The notes: generated by a model not told the origin, from the letters alone. 63,942 nt of DNA from Candidatus Woesearchaeota archaeon (GCA_003650545.1 QMQO01000004.1:1-63942), one strand, 5' to 3'; counted from the first letter of the stretch, positions 1 to 10,801 are shown. Made by a program: numbers and translations.

Positions 1-3000
1 AACATAAACATGGGTTGACATATTATAATCACTGATCTCGAATCTAATCGTGTCTTGAGAAGTTATTTTTGTGTTATTTACAGATGGAAAGATGATGTGT
101 ATTTTTGGTGCTGTTGTGTCTTTAAAAAAAAACACAGTTCTTCTTCCCACATTACCTGAGTTATCTTTTGCATAAACCGTTAGCTTATTTTCATTCGCAG
201 AAATAGTTATATTTTTACTTATTGAAGTTTCGTTTGTTCCTAAACTATATTGAACTCCGTTTATTGTATACCAAGAACTTACAATATCGCCATCATCATA
301 AAAGTTAACATCTAAGGTTATATTCTCTGTCCTTAAAACCTCTAATGGTGCCGGGTTGTTAATCTCGACTACAGGTGGTAAGTTATCAGGCATAAAATCA
401 ACCAAACGGTATGTTGCTTGGCCGTGTGTTGCTGTAAGTCTTGTCTCTGCTCTATCTGTTGCGTTTATAGATCTTTTGTTTAAGGTTATAAATTCATTTC
501 CTGTTTTATATATGCCAACTTTTAACTCTGAAGGCCCATAGCTGAAATTAGAAGTATTCAGGATTATATTTGCAGAAATGCTATCTCCTACACTCAAATT
601 ATATCTAGGAGAAATAATTTTTTCCTCAATGTGATTTGGATAGTGCTGTAACAATATAGCTGCCAAACGCCAGTTCATAAGATTGTTTGCGTTATTATTC
701 GTCACATTCACAGAGATATTTATCAAGTCCCCCGGTGTGAACTGCTTGATTTCAACCATTGTTAAGTTATCTATATCTGCAACATTTCTTGCGCTTTCTT
801 CCTTATCAAATGCTCCTGTTTCTTTTGTCAGATCAACAAAGGTTACATAATCTCGTCCATTAATAATCTCTACATCTAATACAGTTTCGTTGTAAAAAGT
901 AACATTCATCACTGTGTCTTCTGCAATGCTGATAAAGCCCTGCGAATTTCCCTCTTCAAAGATTTCCATGAAAGTATAATCTTTCTCTGAACCAAGTGAG
1001 CCTATAAACGCACCATAGATATAATTTGGTATCAGACTAAAACTAAATTGTCCAAATGAATTCAGATCACATTGCGGAGCAACATACTTCGAGCCTATAC
1101 ACATTTCAACATTTTCTAAGGCAAGGTTATTCGTATTTTTCACATAAGAGGTTAAAACAGCCATACTAACGGATGCCGGATCAACATATTGCTCTGCATC
1201 TATAAAAAGATTTTTATAGTTGTCTTTAAAGATAAAGGCGCCTTTGCTTCCTTTAGAAGTCTTAAGGAAAGGTCCGAACTTCCCTACACCAAACCACAAA
1301 TCTACGGCACCATAATAGCCAGATGGTATGCTTACGGTTAGATTTATCTGTTTTGTCTCGGATGGTGCCAAAGACACTTTTGTGCTATTAAAAGCAATCT
1401 CTGTTATGTTTGGTCTATTTTCATGATAATCATAGCCATTAAACTTCTCAATCTCAACATAAGCTGTCCAGTTTGTCATGTTTCTGATACCATCAAGGTT
1501 TTTGATTGTTATAGGAATCGTTAAGACATCTCCAGGATAAACTAGACCATCATCAAACTCTGAATAAATCACAACTTTCCACAGAGTTGCATTGATTTCT
1601 GTATCGCTTGTTATATTTAATAAAGAGAAATCAGGAGTCTCGAGCATAGTGTACTGCCCAAAATCTCTTCCTAAAAACAAATGGTATGTTCCCTTTTTCA
1701 CATAAAGTTGATAATAATTAGTCTCCGGAACAGTTTCTGTTTCATCATAATAACAATTTGAACCATACTCAAGATGTGTATCATAAATCTCTACGCCATT
1801 CATATTCTTTATATATCCGCTAACCAATATATCTGCTAACAGATCACTACAATTCTCTTCGCCAGCTCCCCAATATTCCTCGTGACACTCGTCCATGTCC
1901 CAGAAACAATCTTCTTGCATTTCGCAGCTTTGTACATCTGTATAAGCCTCACATTGAGAAAACCCACCTTCTTTCTCAAAACACTCACTTAAGTAAGGTT
2001 CCCAGTCACAATTAGGATGGTTCAAACACTCAACAGATGTGTTAAAATCCAGGCAATCTATTGGTGTAAAACATTCGTTTGAATCATAATCCCATGCGCA
2101 GTACATACTCCAACACAACGATTCGCTGGTATAATTGCTACAACTACCCCTTAAAAAGAAATGCCAGGTTTCAGAAAAATTTCCAGCTGGATTCAACTCG
2201 ATAGTGTAATTACCGGGATTATTAAACTCGTAAGACGAAGTTGTAAAGTAAGAGCCTGCAGTGCTCGCATAAACCGACCCAAACAAAAGATAGTTCACAT
2301 AGACATCTGCCGATCCAGTATCAGTAAACTCGATCCCAATATAATAACTTCCTGGTTCGTCTAGCAAAAAATCTTCACCTGAAACACCTTGCATATCCAA
2401 AACAACAGTAGGATCAGAAACATTTCCGCCGAGTGTTGTTGTCAGCCAGATGTTGTTAAATAAAGATCCTAATTCACACTCCATAGACATGTTCACAATC
2501 ACAAAAGCATAATTTGAAAAATCACCAATGTTACCTGCGTTATCAACCGCTCTTACCCAGAAATAATATGTCCCATCTTCGCTTCCATTTACATCAGGAT
2601 CAAAACCATAGGAAGTATTTGTAGCATTAACAATATTAATTGCAGATGATAAGTTTTCAATATCATTTTTCCAGATTTCATAATGAGCTATTCCTGACTC
2701 ATTATCATCAGAACCATTCCACTCTAAATCAAAGTGTCCACAGCTTTCATAGGGGTAAGACTCAACACCAGTCACATTTATGTATGTTGGTGCTGTTGGC
2801 GGAGTTGTATCAGATTCATTAGCCACAGATACATTAACATCCAAACTATCATCCATAAAAAACTCAGATTTCAAATAATGAAACGTTCCATTAGAAAAAT
2901 TAATAAGATCACTATATACACGATGTACTATTACGTCTATTCTTAATGAGGTATTAGTATTATTTGCAGGTACAGTCACCAATCTCACAATTTCATTAAA

Positions 3001-3492
3001 GCCAGAGCTAAGAGTATCCTCGCTTTTGTTGAGATCTAATGAGGTTGTCTGCGCAAATAACTCCGCACTAATATTAAAGAACAAAGTTCCTGGTTCATTA
3101 TTAGTTATGTTCAGATGGACAAATATAGTTTCGTTATTTTCAACATCAGAAAGATTATTAGGTGACCATATAATCATATTGATGCGTTGTAGAGTTGCAT
3201 TGATTTCAACGTTTGTGGTATTCGAATAAAAGGCTTCAAAACTCTCTATAGTAGGATAATCTTCCATAGGATCGTGAAACTCTATATCATATATTCCCTC
3301 ATTCAAACCTGTAATCGAATAATTGCCAAAAATTGTGGTGGTATTCCCCACCTCAGCATGATTTGTATCAAAGATAACAACATTGATTCCATCTAAGTAT
3401 GCGCCAGTACTATTAGTCACAAAACCAGAAACACTAAAAGCATTAGCTTGCAATACACTAAAAAACAAGGTAAAGACGAATGTTATACACAT
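1..3492 (-). CDS. Very large secreted cell-surface protein; N-terminal 1164 codons, with the C-terminus running off the left edge
   Basis: Hand translation of the minus strand from the ATG at 3492 stays open in one frame to position 1. The N-terminus MCITFVFTLFFSVLQANAFS looks like a signal peptide. It is absent from the ORF track only because no stop lies in the window. It has carboxypeptidase-regulatory-like beta-sandwich signatures (VSGFVTNSTGAYLDGINVVIFD...GNYSITGLNEGIYDIEF), very many N-x-S/T sequons and DTT(A/P)P inter-domain linkers. A Cys-rich module lies at about 1860-2160. Confidence 0.8.
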   Translation of the reverse strand, partial: MCITFVFTLFFSVLQANAFSVSGFVTNSTGAYLDGINVVIFDTNHAEVGNTTTIFGNYSITGLNEGIYDIEFHDPMEDYPTIESFEAFYSNTTNVEINATLQRINMIIWSPNNLSDVENNETIFVHLNITNNEPGTLFFNISAELFAQTTSLDLNKSEDTLSSGFNEIVRLVTVPANNTNTSLRIDVIVHRVYSDLINFSNGTFHYLKSEFFMDDSLDVNVSVANESDTTPPTAPTYINVTGVESYPYESCGHFDLEWNGSDDNESGIAHYEIWKNDIENLSSAINIVNATNTSYGFDPDVNGSEDGTYYFWVRAVDNAGNIGDFSNYAFVIVNMSMECELGSLFNNIWLTTTLGGNVSDPTVVLDMQGVSGEDFLLDEPGSYYIGIEFTDTGSADVYVNYLLFGSVYASTAGSYFTTSSYEFNNPGNYTIELNPAGNFSETWHFFLRGSCSNYTSESLCWSMYCAWDYDSNECFTPIDCLDFNTSVECLNHPNCDWEPYLSECFEKEGGFSQCEAYTDVQSCEMQEDCFWDMDECHEEYWGAGEENCSDLLADILVSGYIKNMNGVEIYDTHLEYGSNCYYDETETVPETNYYQLYVKKGTYHLFLGRDFGQYTMLETPDFSLLNITSDTEINATLWKVVIYSEFDDGLVYPGDVLTIPITIKNLDGIRNMTNWTAYVEIEKFNGYDYHENRPNITEIAFNSTKVSLAPSETKQINLTVSIPSGYYGAVDLWFGVGKFGPFLKTSKGSKGAFIFKDNYKNLFIDAEQYVDPASVSMAVLTSYVKNTNNLALENVEMCIGSKYVAPQCDLNSFGQFSFSLIPNYIYGAFIGSLGSEKDYTFMEIFEEGNSQGFISIAEDTVMNVTFYNETVLDVEIINGRDYVTFVDLTKETGAFDKEESARNVADIDNLTMVEIKQFTPGDLINISVNVTNNNANNLMNWRLAAILLQHYPNHIEEKIISPRYNLSVGDSISANIILNTSNFSYGPSELKVGIYKTGNEFITLNKRSINATDRAETRLTATHGQATYRLVDFMPDNLPPVVEINNPAPLEVLRTENITLDVNFYDDGDIVSSWYTINGVQYSLGTNETSISKNITISANENKLTVYAKDNSGNVGRRTVFFFKDTTAPKIHIIFPSVNNTKITSQDTIRFEISDYNMSTHVYV

Positions 3493-3593
3493 TATTTTAT
3501 TCTTCAATATATCCCCCACACCCTAAAAGAATTTAACATTTATAAACATTTGCTTATATATTTCGCCACTTAACAGATACAAACTATCTCAAA

Positions 3594-4322
3594 CTACTTC
3601 TTCAATAGACTTTTTACACTACCAAAATCATACAGATTATCAGCTACAACAATAGTTTTGAGTTTACTTATATCTTTTAGAAACGGACTTAGCAGCTTTT
3701 CTTTTAGAACATCTGTTCCTTCTGTCACAAAATTAAAGCTTGGTTGCACGATCAGATACTTTTTCTTCCATTTTCCTATAAGATAGCACTTAAATATCTC
3801 ACTTCTTAACTCATCGTGTATGCTAATAGCAGGATGTTCATGACCTATAATAACGATTTTTGCTTTTGTGAACTCGATATCTTCAGGAATTACATGACCA
3901 TGACAAATATAGATATCTCCTATAGAATGATGGTTAACTATTTTTACATTTCTTTTTTTTGCTATCGGTCCTAGAATAGTATCATGATTGCCCTTCACCA
4001 ACATAACTTTTTTTCCTTTCTTAATAAGGTAATCAAGTAACCTTAGTGTAGACCTCCATTCTTGCTCACTTATAGTGCCAAACTCATGCTTGATATCGCC
4101 ATTAAGCACAACGAGTTCAACTTTTTTACCTTCTTTCTTCAGTCTATCAAAAATCTTATTCAGTCTATCAATAACCTCTTTAAATTGAAACCTAGGCACT
4201 AGCACTCCTTGCTTATTCAATGCTTCTTCTAAGCCAATATGCGTATCTGCAATTATCAAAATCTTATGTTCTAGTAGATAAATTGCAAGATCTATTAACT
4301 CGATATTTTTAATCAGTTTCAT
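3594..4322 (-). CDS. Calcineurin-like metallophosphoesterase (archaeal SbcD/Mre11-related phosphoesterase type)
   Basis: Motifs ILIIADTHIG (DxH), VVLNGDIKHE (GD), LVKGNHD (GNHD) and ICHGHV / IGHEHP. Confidence 0.75.
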   Translation of the reverse strand: MKLIKNIELIDLAIYLLEHKILIIADTHIGLEEALNKQGVLVPRFQFKEVIDRLNKIFDRLKKEGKKVELVVLNGDIKHEFGTISEQEWRSTLRLLDYLIKKGKKVMLVKGNHDTILGPIAKKRNVKIVNHHSIGDIYICHGHVIPEDIEFTKAKIVIIGHEHPAISIHDELRSEIFKCYLIGKWKKKYLIVQPSFNFVTEGTDVLKEKLLSPFLKDISKLKTIVVADNLYDFGSVKSLLKK

Positions 4323-4614
4323 TTAATTCTGTTCTTCATTTAGCTAAACCCACAGCCTATAAATACTTTACGCTCTGTCAAGTGGCAACTTTAGAGCAAA
4401 GTATAATCTTTTCAAATCTATAATTCCCAGCCAAATATAACAAAATAACCAATAACAATAACCAAATAAGCAATATAAATCGTATATTAAATGTAACAAA
4501 CACTAAATGTAATAACATTTATTATGAAAATTATTATGAAAAACAATTAATTTAAAGACAATTATTCACAAAAGAATAAATTTTAAACTCATTGAACTCT
4601 AAACTCATTGAACT

Positions 4615-5967
4615 CTACATCGTTTTATGAGCGCAATCATCAAATTCTGCCTTTGCTTCCTTTATATCACCAAAGTAACTTTTAAAACGATACCAATAAA
4701 GAGAAAATGTATAGCCATTACATTCGCTGTTTAGATCATACTCTTTTGCTGGCAATGGTTCTTTTTTCACTGACATTACATCTTTTATTACATCTTTTTC
4801 TGCTGGCGTTATAATGGCACCTTGATCTATATTTTCTACATTTATATTTTCTGCATTTTCCTGAATCAGCTTTTCTAAAATAGGCTCATCTTTCTCAGAC
4901 AGTTCTTCTAAAAAATCTGTACCTTCTGGAGGTGAAGCCTCGTTCGATTGCTCAACCTCAACCCTACTTTTCTTTTTCCTAAAAGGGTTCAATGCATAAG
5001 AATCAAAACTTACACCAACGCTAAAACTAACATCGTTTACACCTGTGTGTATGTATTCTGATGGCAATGTCCCTGTCGTCCGACCTTCAACCGAAAGGTG
5101 CTTGTAAAATAGTCCACAAGTAAAATCAACATTTTTCGAAAGCTTCCAGACATAGTTTAAACCGAAAAAGTAACCATGTGCATGATCTGAAAAATAAGAC
5201 TTGCCCTTCACAAGATTCAGTATTTGATAATCTGATAGAAGAGGAATATATGGTATAAAGTTTATGTCCAATGATGTTTCTGAATCTATATTAAGATTTG
5301 TCAAGCCATATCTCATTCTTAAAACACCATCAGAGTATCTTTTAATAGTTATTTCATGAGCAACGCTCCACATCTCAGCAGAGACATCATAGTTTAAATT
5401 AAAGATAGTTTCAGAAAAAAGACCCCCACATGCCGCATTATCTGCTTTGCGATAATTGCCAGACACATAACCAAGACATAAAGAATCTTTGTCAAAATTA
5501 TAGCAACACTCAAAATAAAGCATTATCTCTGTTCTCTTGCCCATCACAGGAAATGGTCTACATCCATCATAAACTAAGCCAACCAAATTGTTGGCATTTG
5601 TAGTTATCACATCAACATCTTTCATATCAAAAGTATCAATATCTGCTGTTAATCGTATGTTCCATGAACGATCATCAACATCATCAATAGTAACACCATT
5701 TAGATCATAGCCAAAATAAGAATTTTTCTTCGAGTCATTTGAGTCGTCTATTTTGTTATTCTCGAAAATCGCTTCATAATCTTTTCTAGAGTTTTGTGTT
5801 TCCTGAAAATTTGCATCTCGATTTGCATCTCGGCTTATCTTGATATCATTTTTTAAATTTTCATAGGTTATTCCTTTAGCATTTGTCCAGGGGTGTACAA
5901 AAACTGTAGCAGATATAATAGCAGCTGTTAAATATCTTAAGGGTTTATATTTCAACAAACATTGCAT
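4615..5967 (-). CDS. Secreted hypothetical protein with a beta-strand-rich core and an acidic tail
   Basis: 450-aa ORF with an ATG start. The hydrophobic N-terminal segment (LTAAIISATVFVHPWTNAKG) is signal-like. The core has alternating aromatic/polar strands (YFFGLNYVWKLS, VSFSVGVSFDSYALNPF). I recognised no family. Confidence 0.55.
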   Translation of the reverse strand: MQCLLKYKPLRYLTAAIISATVFVHPWTNAKGITYENLKNDIKISRDANRDANFQETQNSRKDYEAIFENNKIDDSNDSKKNSYFGYDLNGVTIDDVDDRSWNIRLTADIDTFDMKDVDVITTNANNLVGLVYDGCRPFPVMGKRTEIMLYFECCYNFDKDSLCLGYVSGNYRKADNAACGGLFSETIFNLNYDVSAEMWSVAHEITIKRYSDGVLRMRYGLTNLNIDSETSLDINFIPYIPLLSDYQILNLVKGKSYFSDHAHGYFFGLNYVWKLSKNVDFTCGLFYKHLSVEGRTTGTLPSEYIHTGVNDVSFSVGVSFDSYALNPFRKKKSRVEVEQSNEASPPEGTDFLEELSEKDEPILEKLIQENAENINVENIDQGAIITPAEKDVIKDVMSVKKEPLPAKEYDLNSECNGYTFSLYWYRFKSYFGDIKEAKAEFDDCAHKTM

Positions 5968-6020
5968 TTTACATTGATAAATGACAATCGTGATTTTTAA
6001 GCATTTCTTTACTAGAATAG

Positions 6021-8591
6021 CTACATCAAACTCATCAGTAACATACCGGCGTTTGCAATAAAGTGAATCAGAATCGCATAAACAATGTTTCCTCTAAATG
6101 CAGCCTTTCCTGTGCTTTTGCCTACATAATGACCTGCGACCAAACCAAACATAAATAAAGCAACAAAATAAACAAAAAACAATATTGGAAAGCCATTAAC
6201 GATCCACAAGCCAAAAAATCTAATACCATTCTGCATGTAATGTTTCCAGATTAATGATAATGATATATAATGAATTAGTGCAAAGATCAAAGCCTGTACT
6301 ACCAATCCTAGTCTGTAGCCGAATGCTTTCTCAGCCATTCTTAGTATAATAAACCTAAAGATTAGTTCTTCAGCAAACGCAATCAATGCTGCAAACAAAA
6401 TTAGTAATGGCCAAGCCGGCAAAGTTATAAAACCGCTAGGCTCATTTATAATGTAAAACAATAGGGCAAATGCCAGACCAATGAAAAATACCTCGATAAA
6501 ACGCACCACGTCGATATACTTAATCGCAAAGCTTATTGTCATCTTGAAGATCTTCATAAAAATAAAAAATACAACAATCATAACTACAGGTACAATAAAG
6601 TTGAATGTGTCTAAGCTAATGATATTAAATGACGCAAGGAAAAACCCGATTATTGACAATATTATATACACAAAAACTGTGACTAGAACAGACAGTAAGA
6701 AATCATCTCTCACTTCTTTTCCAACCATCTTCTTCCATAATGCAACAGTAAATACTAGGAATGTTGCAAGCACCATTATCAATGATAAAAAGATAGAGAG
6801 ACTACCAGTTCTTTCTAAGAATAAGATATAAGCCATCGGTATTAATAGTATAATCAGGCTCCAGATTATAATAGAAGCATTGCTAATTAAATCTTCTACA
6901 ACATTATCAATCATATAACTAGATGCTGAGTAAACAAACAAAACGAAACCTCCGAGATAAAATAATAAATCGAGAACAAGCAATGTTAGCAATGTTAAAG
7001 CTGTCACAACACCCAGGAAGCTTGACACAGCAAGGCTAGATGTTAAATTAGAACCCATCAGCGCAGGATGTTTAAATGCTTGTACCATGATCGGCCAATA
7101 GTTCGTGAATGAAGAAATAAAGTAATTCCACACAAACAAACCGAGGAAAATTGAAGCTATCAAGAACAATATCGTTGTAAGATATTTTCCAATCTTCCTG
7201 ACCCACGAAAAGAAGCTTAGGAAGAATATAATTACAATCAGTAAAATGCTAATCTTAGGCGAAAAAATTGCTGCATCTAAAACAGGTTTGGTTACGAAAT
7301 CAACACCGTATATTCCTGCTGTATGAACAAGAATACTCTTCTGCGTTATCCAAGGTACTAGGAAGTAAGCAATAGTTGTTGTAAAGAACAGTATAATCAC
7401 TCCAACATAAAACTTATTGTGTACAACTTTTTTCAGATTGAGCTTAAACACGATAAAAAATGCAACAATTATAGGAAATAACAATAAAGCAATTAGGCCA
7501 ACTGAAGAGACTACACCAAGAAACAAACCAATACCACTAGAAACAAGCATCTTTAATGGTTGGTGCATAGCAGAGCTAACAACATTTCCTGCCTGACAAA
7601 TCTCTCCTGTAAGCTTACAGAAATAAAAAGGATCTTTTGCAACACCAAAGACATAAGGCAAAATATATGTTGCAAAATCGCTAAGGTAATGAAAAATAAG
7701 CAAGAAGCCAAATCCAAGAAAGATGTGTTTCGTACTTGTGAACAAATCACGTACTTTGCCAAGTATCAAGTCATCAATAGAACCAATCGACTTTAAAGCT
7801 TTTGACTTGCTTTTATCAAGATCCTTGATAGCGAATATAATAGCAACTATGAATAATGATTTATCTAAAGATACAATAAACCATTGGTTTATTAGACCAA
7901 AGAAGTATTGCGAGACTATGAAAAGAATAAAGTAGGTCAACATTATTTTAATTAACGCTGATAAAAAGCCAGATTTAACGCCACTTACCTTATGCCAATG
8001 TTTCTTGTTGTGATCAAACAGAGTAACAAGCGAATGGAAAACTGATCTCTCACCGTATCTTTTCCTTAGAGCGTATATTATTGCAAAAGCAAATATTGCA
8101 AGCATTCCTATAAGTAAGGTCCACATCTCTATCTTAGATTTAAGAAAATAATTATTCAGAGCTATGTTATATTGTTTAGCTGTAACAGCTTCGTCCCTTG
8201 CTACTGCAAGATACATATCATAAGGCATTCCCAGCTCATAGAACATATCCTGACCATTGTAAATGAATTCTTGGCCTTGCAGCGGCAATGTTAGGTCTTC
8301 GTATATTTGCGCTCCTTGTCCAACAGGAGTAAAGCCAATAAACGTAGGTAACACCAATATATAGAATATTACTAACACTACCACATTCGGCCATTTTCTA
8401 TCCTTGCCAAACATAAATCCGGTCAGCTTCAGACGCCACCAGAAAAACAACAACAGTCCAGATGTTAAGACTTTGTCAAGCAAATCTAAACTGCTTGGCA
8501 GTAGACCTATTAAATCAAAAAATCCAAGAAGAATCATAGCTACAGTAAAAATTAGCCCACCATGCTTTTTTAATAATCTAACCATCCCCAT
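6021..8591 (-). CDS. Polytopic membrane protein (more than 20 predicted TM helices) with a C-terminal CPBP/CAAX-type intramembrane protease domain
   Basis: 856 aa, almost entirely hydrophobic helices. The C-terminal CPBP motifs are AEELIFRFIILR (EExxxR), FALIHY (FxxxH) and ILIHFIANAG (HxxxN). Confidence 0.75.
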   Translation of the reverse strand: MGMVRLLKKHGGLIFTVAMILLGFFDLIGLLPSSLDLLDKVLTSGLLLFFWWRLKLTGFMFGKDRKWPNVVVLVIFYILVLPTFIGFTPVGQGAQIYEDLTLPLQGQEFIYNGQDMFYELGMPYDMYLAVARDEAVTAKQYNIALNNYFLKSKIEMWTLLIGMLAIFAFAIIYALRKRYGERSVFHSLVTLFDHNKKHWHKVSGVKSGFLSALIKIMLTYFILFIVSQYFFGLINQWFIVSLDKSLFIVAIIFAIKDLDKSKSKALKSIGSIDDLILGKVRDLFTSTKHIFLGFGFLLIFHYLSDFATYILPYVFGVAKDPFYFCKLTGEICQAGNVVSSAMHQPLKMLVSSGIGLFLGVVSSVGLIALLLFPIIVAFFIVFKLNLKKVVHNKFYVGVIILFFTTTIAYFLVPWITQKSILVHTAGIYGVDFVTKPVLDAAIFSPKISILLIVIIFFLSFFSWVRKIGKYLTTILFLIASIFLGLFVWNYFISSFTNYWPIMVQAFKHPALMGSNLTSSLAVSSFLGVVTALTLLTLLVLDLLFYLGGFVLFVYSASSYMIDNVVEDLISNASIIIWSLIILLIPMAYILFLERTGSLSIFLSLIMVLATFLVFTVALWKKMVGKEVRDDFLLSVLVTVFVYIILSIIGFFLASFNIISLDTFNFIVPVVMIVVFFIFMKIFKMTISFAIKYIDVVRFIEVFFIGLAFALLFYIINEPSGFITLPAWPLLILFAALIAFAEELIFRFIILRMAEKAFGYRLGLVVQALIFALIHYISLSLIWKHYMQNGIRFFGLWIVNGFPILFFVYFVALFMFGLVAGHYVGKSTGKAAFRGNIVYAILIHFIANAGMLLMSLM

Positions 8592-8834
8592 TCATATAAG
8601 AAATGTTTTAATGTTTATATTAATTTCTAATCATCCGCAATAAGAAAACACTAACCAAAACAGAGACACATGGACAAAAAAGGTTTTATTATCTTTAGAA
8701 TTATAGAACTAATTAAACAGACACAAGTTATTACAAGCACTGTATTTTATACAATTGTTACCATCATTTCCACTTAACCATCCGCAGAAACATTTTTATA
8801 TTACCAAAATAAACAAATCATAAAAGGGGGCATA

Positions 8835-9887
8835 ATGACCATAAGTCTAATATTTTGGATTATCATATTTATTATTAGTTTGTACTTTCTTATCAAATCG
8901 TCAGATTATTTTACAGATGCTGCTGAAAAAATAGGTATCTGGCTTGGTATTCCTGCATTCATAGTTGGAGTCACAATAGTATCAATTGGTACATCTCTTC
9001 CAGAACTAGCGTCTAGTATAGCCGCGGTTTTTAATCCTGCTGTAGGCGCGTCTTCTATTGTAGCAGGTAATGTCATAGGTAGCAACATAACAAATATTCT
9101 CCTTGTACTAGGTATTGCATCACTGTTTGTAAAAAAAATGAAAATTTCCTGGGAACTTATCTCTGTTGATCTTCCACTTCTTTTTGGTTCTGCAGCCGTC
9201 CTTATTTTTTTGATCTTTGATGATTTTATTTTCTGGATAATAAGTCACGGACTCACAAATCTAAGTAATGTGAAACCGCAAATAACATGGTTGGAGTCCA
9301 TAACCTGTATTATTGGCTTTATGATATATGTAACCTATACGGCATCTAATCGTCCTTCAAAAGATCACAGAGTTAAACGTAAGAAGCTTGGCTGGAAGAC
9401 CCCTGTAATCATCATGGCTTCAATTGCAATTATTTACTTTTCTGCAAAATATACTGTAGAATCAGTTGTTCACATAGGTACAATAATTGGCGTTAGCCAA
9501 GCTATCTTAGCAGCAACGGCCATTGCTATCGGAACCAGTTTACCAGAACTTATGGTCACGATAACTGCTGTAAGAAAAAAGAAATTCGAGCTTGCAATAG
9601 GCAATGTTCTAGGCTCAAATATATTTAATACATTCATGGTTATTGGCATACCCGGTGTGTTATCAGCATTCTCTCCTGTAAGCGGTCTTGCTGTTGATAC
9701 AAGCATTTGGCTGATAGCATTACCATTCATGCTAGCTGCAACATTCTTGTATATCTTCATGACGCAAGACAATACATTAACCCGATACGAAGGCTTAATG
9801 TTGTTATTAATGTATGTTATATTCATAGGGATTTTGTTTTGGTCAGAATTTTCTAGGATAGCTGCAGGAACTATTATTAATCTCTAA
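8835..9887 (+). CDS. Ca2+/cation antiporter (CaCA / YrbG-type Na+/Ca2+ exchanger)
   Basis: Two alpha-repeats: GTSLPELASSI...GNVIGSNITNILLVLG and GTSLPELMVTI...GNVLGSNIFNTFMVIG. AGGGGG sits ahead of the ATG. Confidence 0.85.
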   Translation: MTISLIFWIIIFIISLYFLIKSSDYFTDAAEKIGIWLGIPAFIVGVTIVSIGTSLPELASSIAAVFNPAVGASSIVAGNVIGSNITNILLVLGIASLFVKKMKISWELISVDLPLLFGSAAVLIFLIFDDFIFWIISHGLTNLSNVKPQITWLESITCIIGFMIYVTYTASNRPSKDHRVKRKKLGWKTPVIIMASIAIIYFSAKYTVESVVHIGTIIGVSQAILAATAIAIGTSLPELMVTITAVRKKKFELAIGNVLGSNIFNTFMVIGIPGVLSAFSPVSGLAVDTSIWLIALPFMLAATFLYIFMTQDNTLTRYEGLMLLLMYVIFIGILFWSEFSRIAAGTIINL

Positions 9888-9984
9888 ATCAGGATAGAGG
9901 CTAATCGAATTTTCACCTAATCATTTTTTTCTCAGAGCTTTAATTTTTATATAAACTACATGCAAAACTACAAACTTTACAACA

Positions 9985-10764
9985 CTATATCTCATAAGTC
10001 TTACCTTCTTCTGCGATTGGAATAATCTCACTTTTCATGTTATCTGAAACATGTACAAGTAAAATTTTCTTTCTTATTTTTTCAGGTAGTTTCTCTAATT
10101 CACCAACAAAAGTGTGCACACCATCTCGTATATTCTCAGCATCGTGTAATATCAGATCAGCATCCCATAAAAAACCAAGACAATCATCACGATCCCGTTT
10201 ACTAATCTTCTTTCTGCGGTACCAATCATCTATAAGTTTTCTCCTATAGATTGTATCACCAGAATACGCAAAAGTCTTTCCAGTTTCTGTATCTATAAAC
10301 TTAAGGCCAATCGTCGGAGTGTAATGAAAACTATTTCTTATCTCTACTTTGAGATTACCAATCATTCTCGGATGTCCAACCTTGAGCTCATAAAAAGTGA
10401 CCCAATCGGTAAACTTAAACTTAATAAAACCCTTAAAACCAGAGGAATAAGTTCTGTCCATAGCCTTGAACCAATAGTTCTTTAACAGATTAAAAATCTT
10501 TTTAGTCGTGTAAAGATTGATCTTTCTCTGCTCAATATACTTCTTCCATAATAATAAAGATTCAAAGCCAGCCGTATGATCACCATGTATGTGCGTAATT
10601 ATAACATCATTTATACACTGTTTATCTATATACATCTTGGCTAACGCCCGAAACAATCCTTGGGGACAATCAACTAATATTGACCTATCTAACTCAACAA
10701 TAAAACTAGTGTTATAGTGTTCTGATGTCAAACCATTACCTATACCAACTATATGAATTTTCAT
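9985..10764 (-). CDS. MBL-fold metallo-hydrolase (RNase Z / class II phosphodiesterase-like)
   Basis: THIHGDHTAG (HxHxDH), a later AYSGDT and a terminal LVHVSDN histidine motif. It lies 37 nt downstream of the cyclase gene on the same strand. Confidence 0.7.
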   Translation of the reverse strand: MKIHIVGIGNGLTSEHYNTSFIVELDRSILVDCPQGLFRALAKMYIDKQCINDVIITHIHGDHTAGFESLLLWKKYIEQRKINLYTTKKIFNLLKNYWFKAMDRTYSSGFKGFIKFKFTDWVTFYELKVGHPRMIGNLKVEIRNSFHYTPTIGLKFIDTETGKTFAYSGDTIYRRKLIDDWYRRKKISKRDRDDCLGFLWDADLILHDAENIRDGVHTFVGELEKLPEKIRKKILLVHVSDNMKSEIIPIAEEGKTYEI

Positions 10765-10801
10765 ACAACCCCTCTTTTAAGATTAAAGATAAACTTTAAA
10801 T

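Noticed and set aside
356-3229. Five short plus-strand ORFs (61-70 aa) listed by the track in the first 3.5 kb
   Set aside because: The whole interval is covered by one uninterrupted minus-strand reading frame with a signal peptide and domain-like sequence. The plus-strand ORFs are noise.
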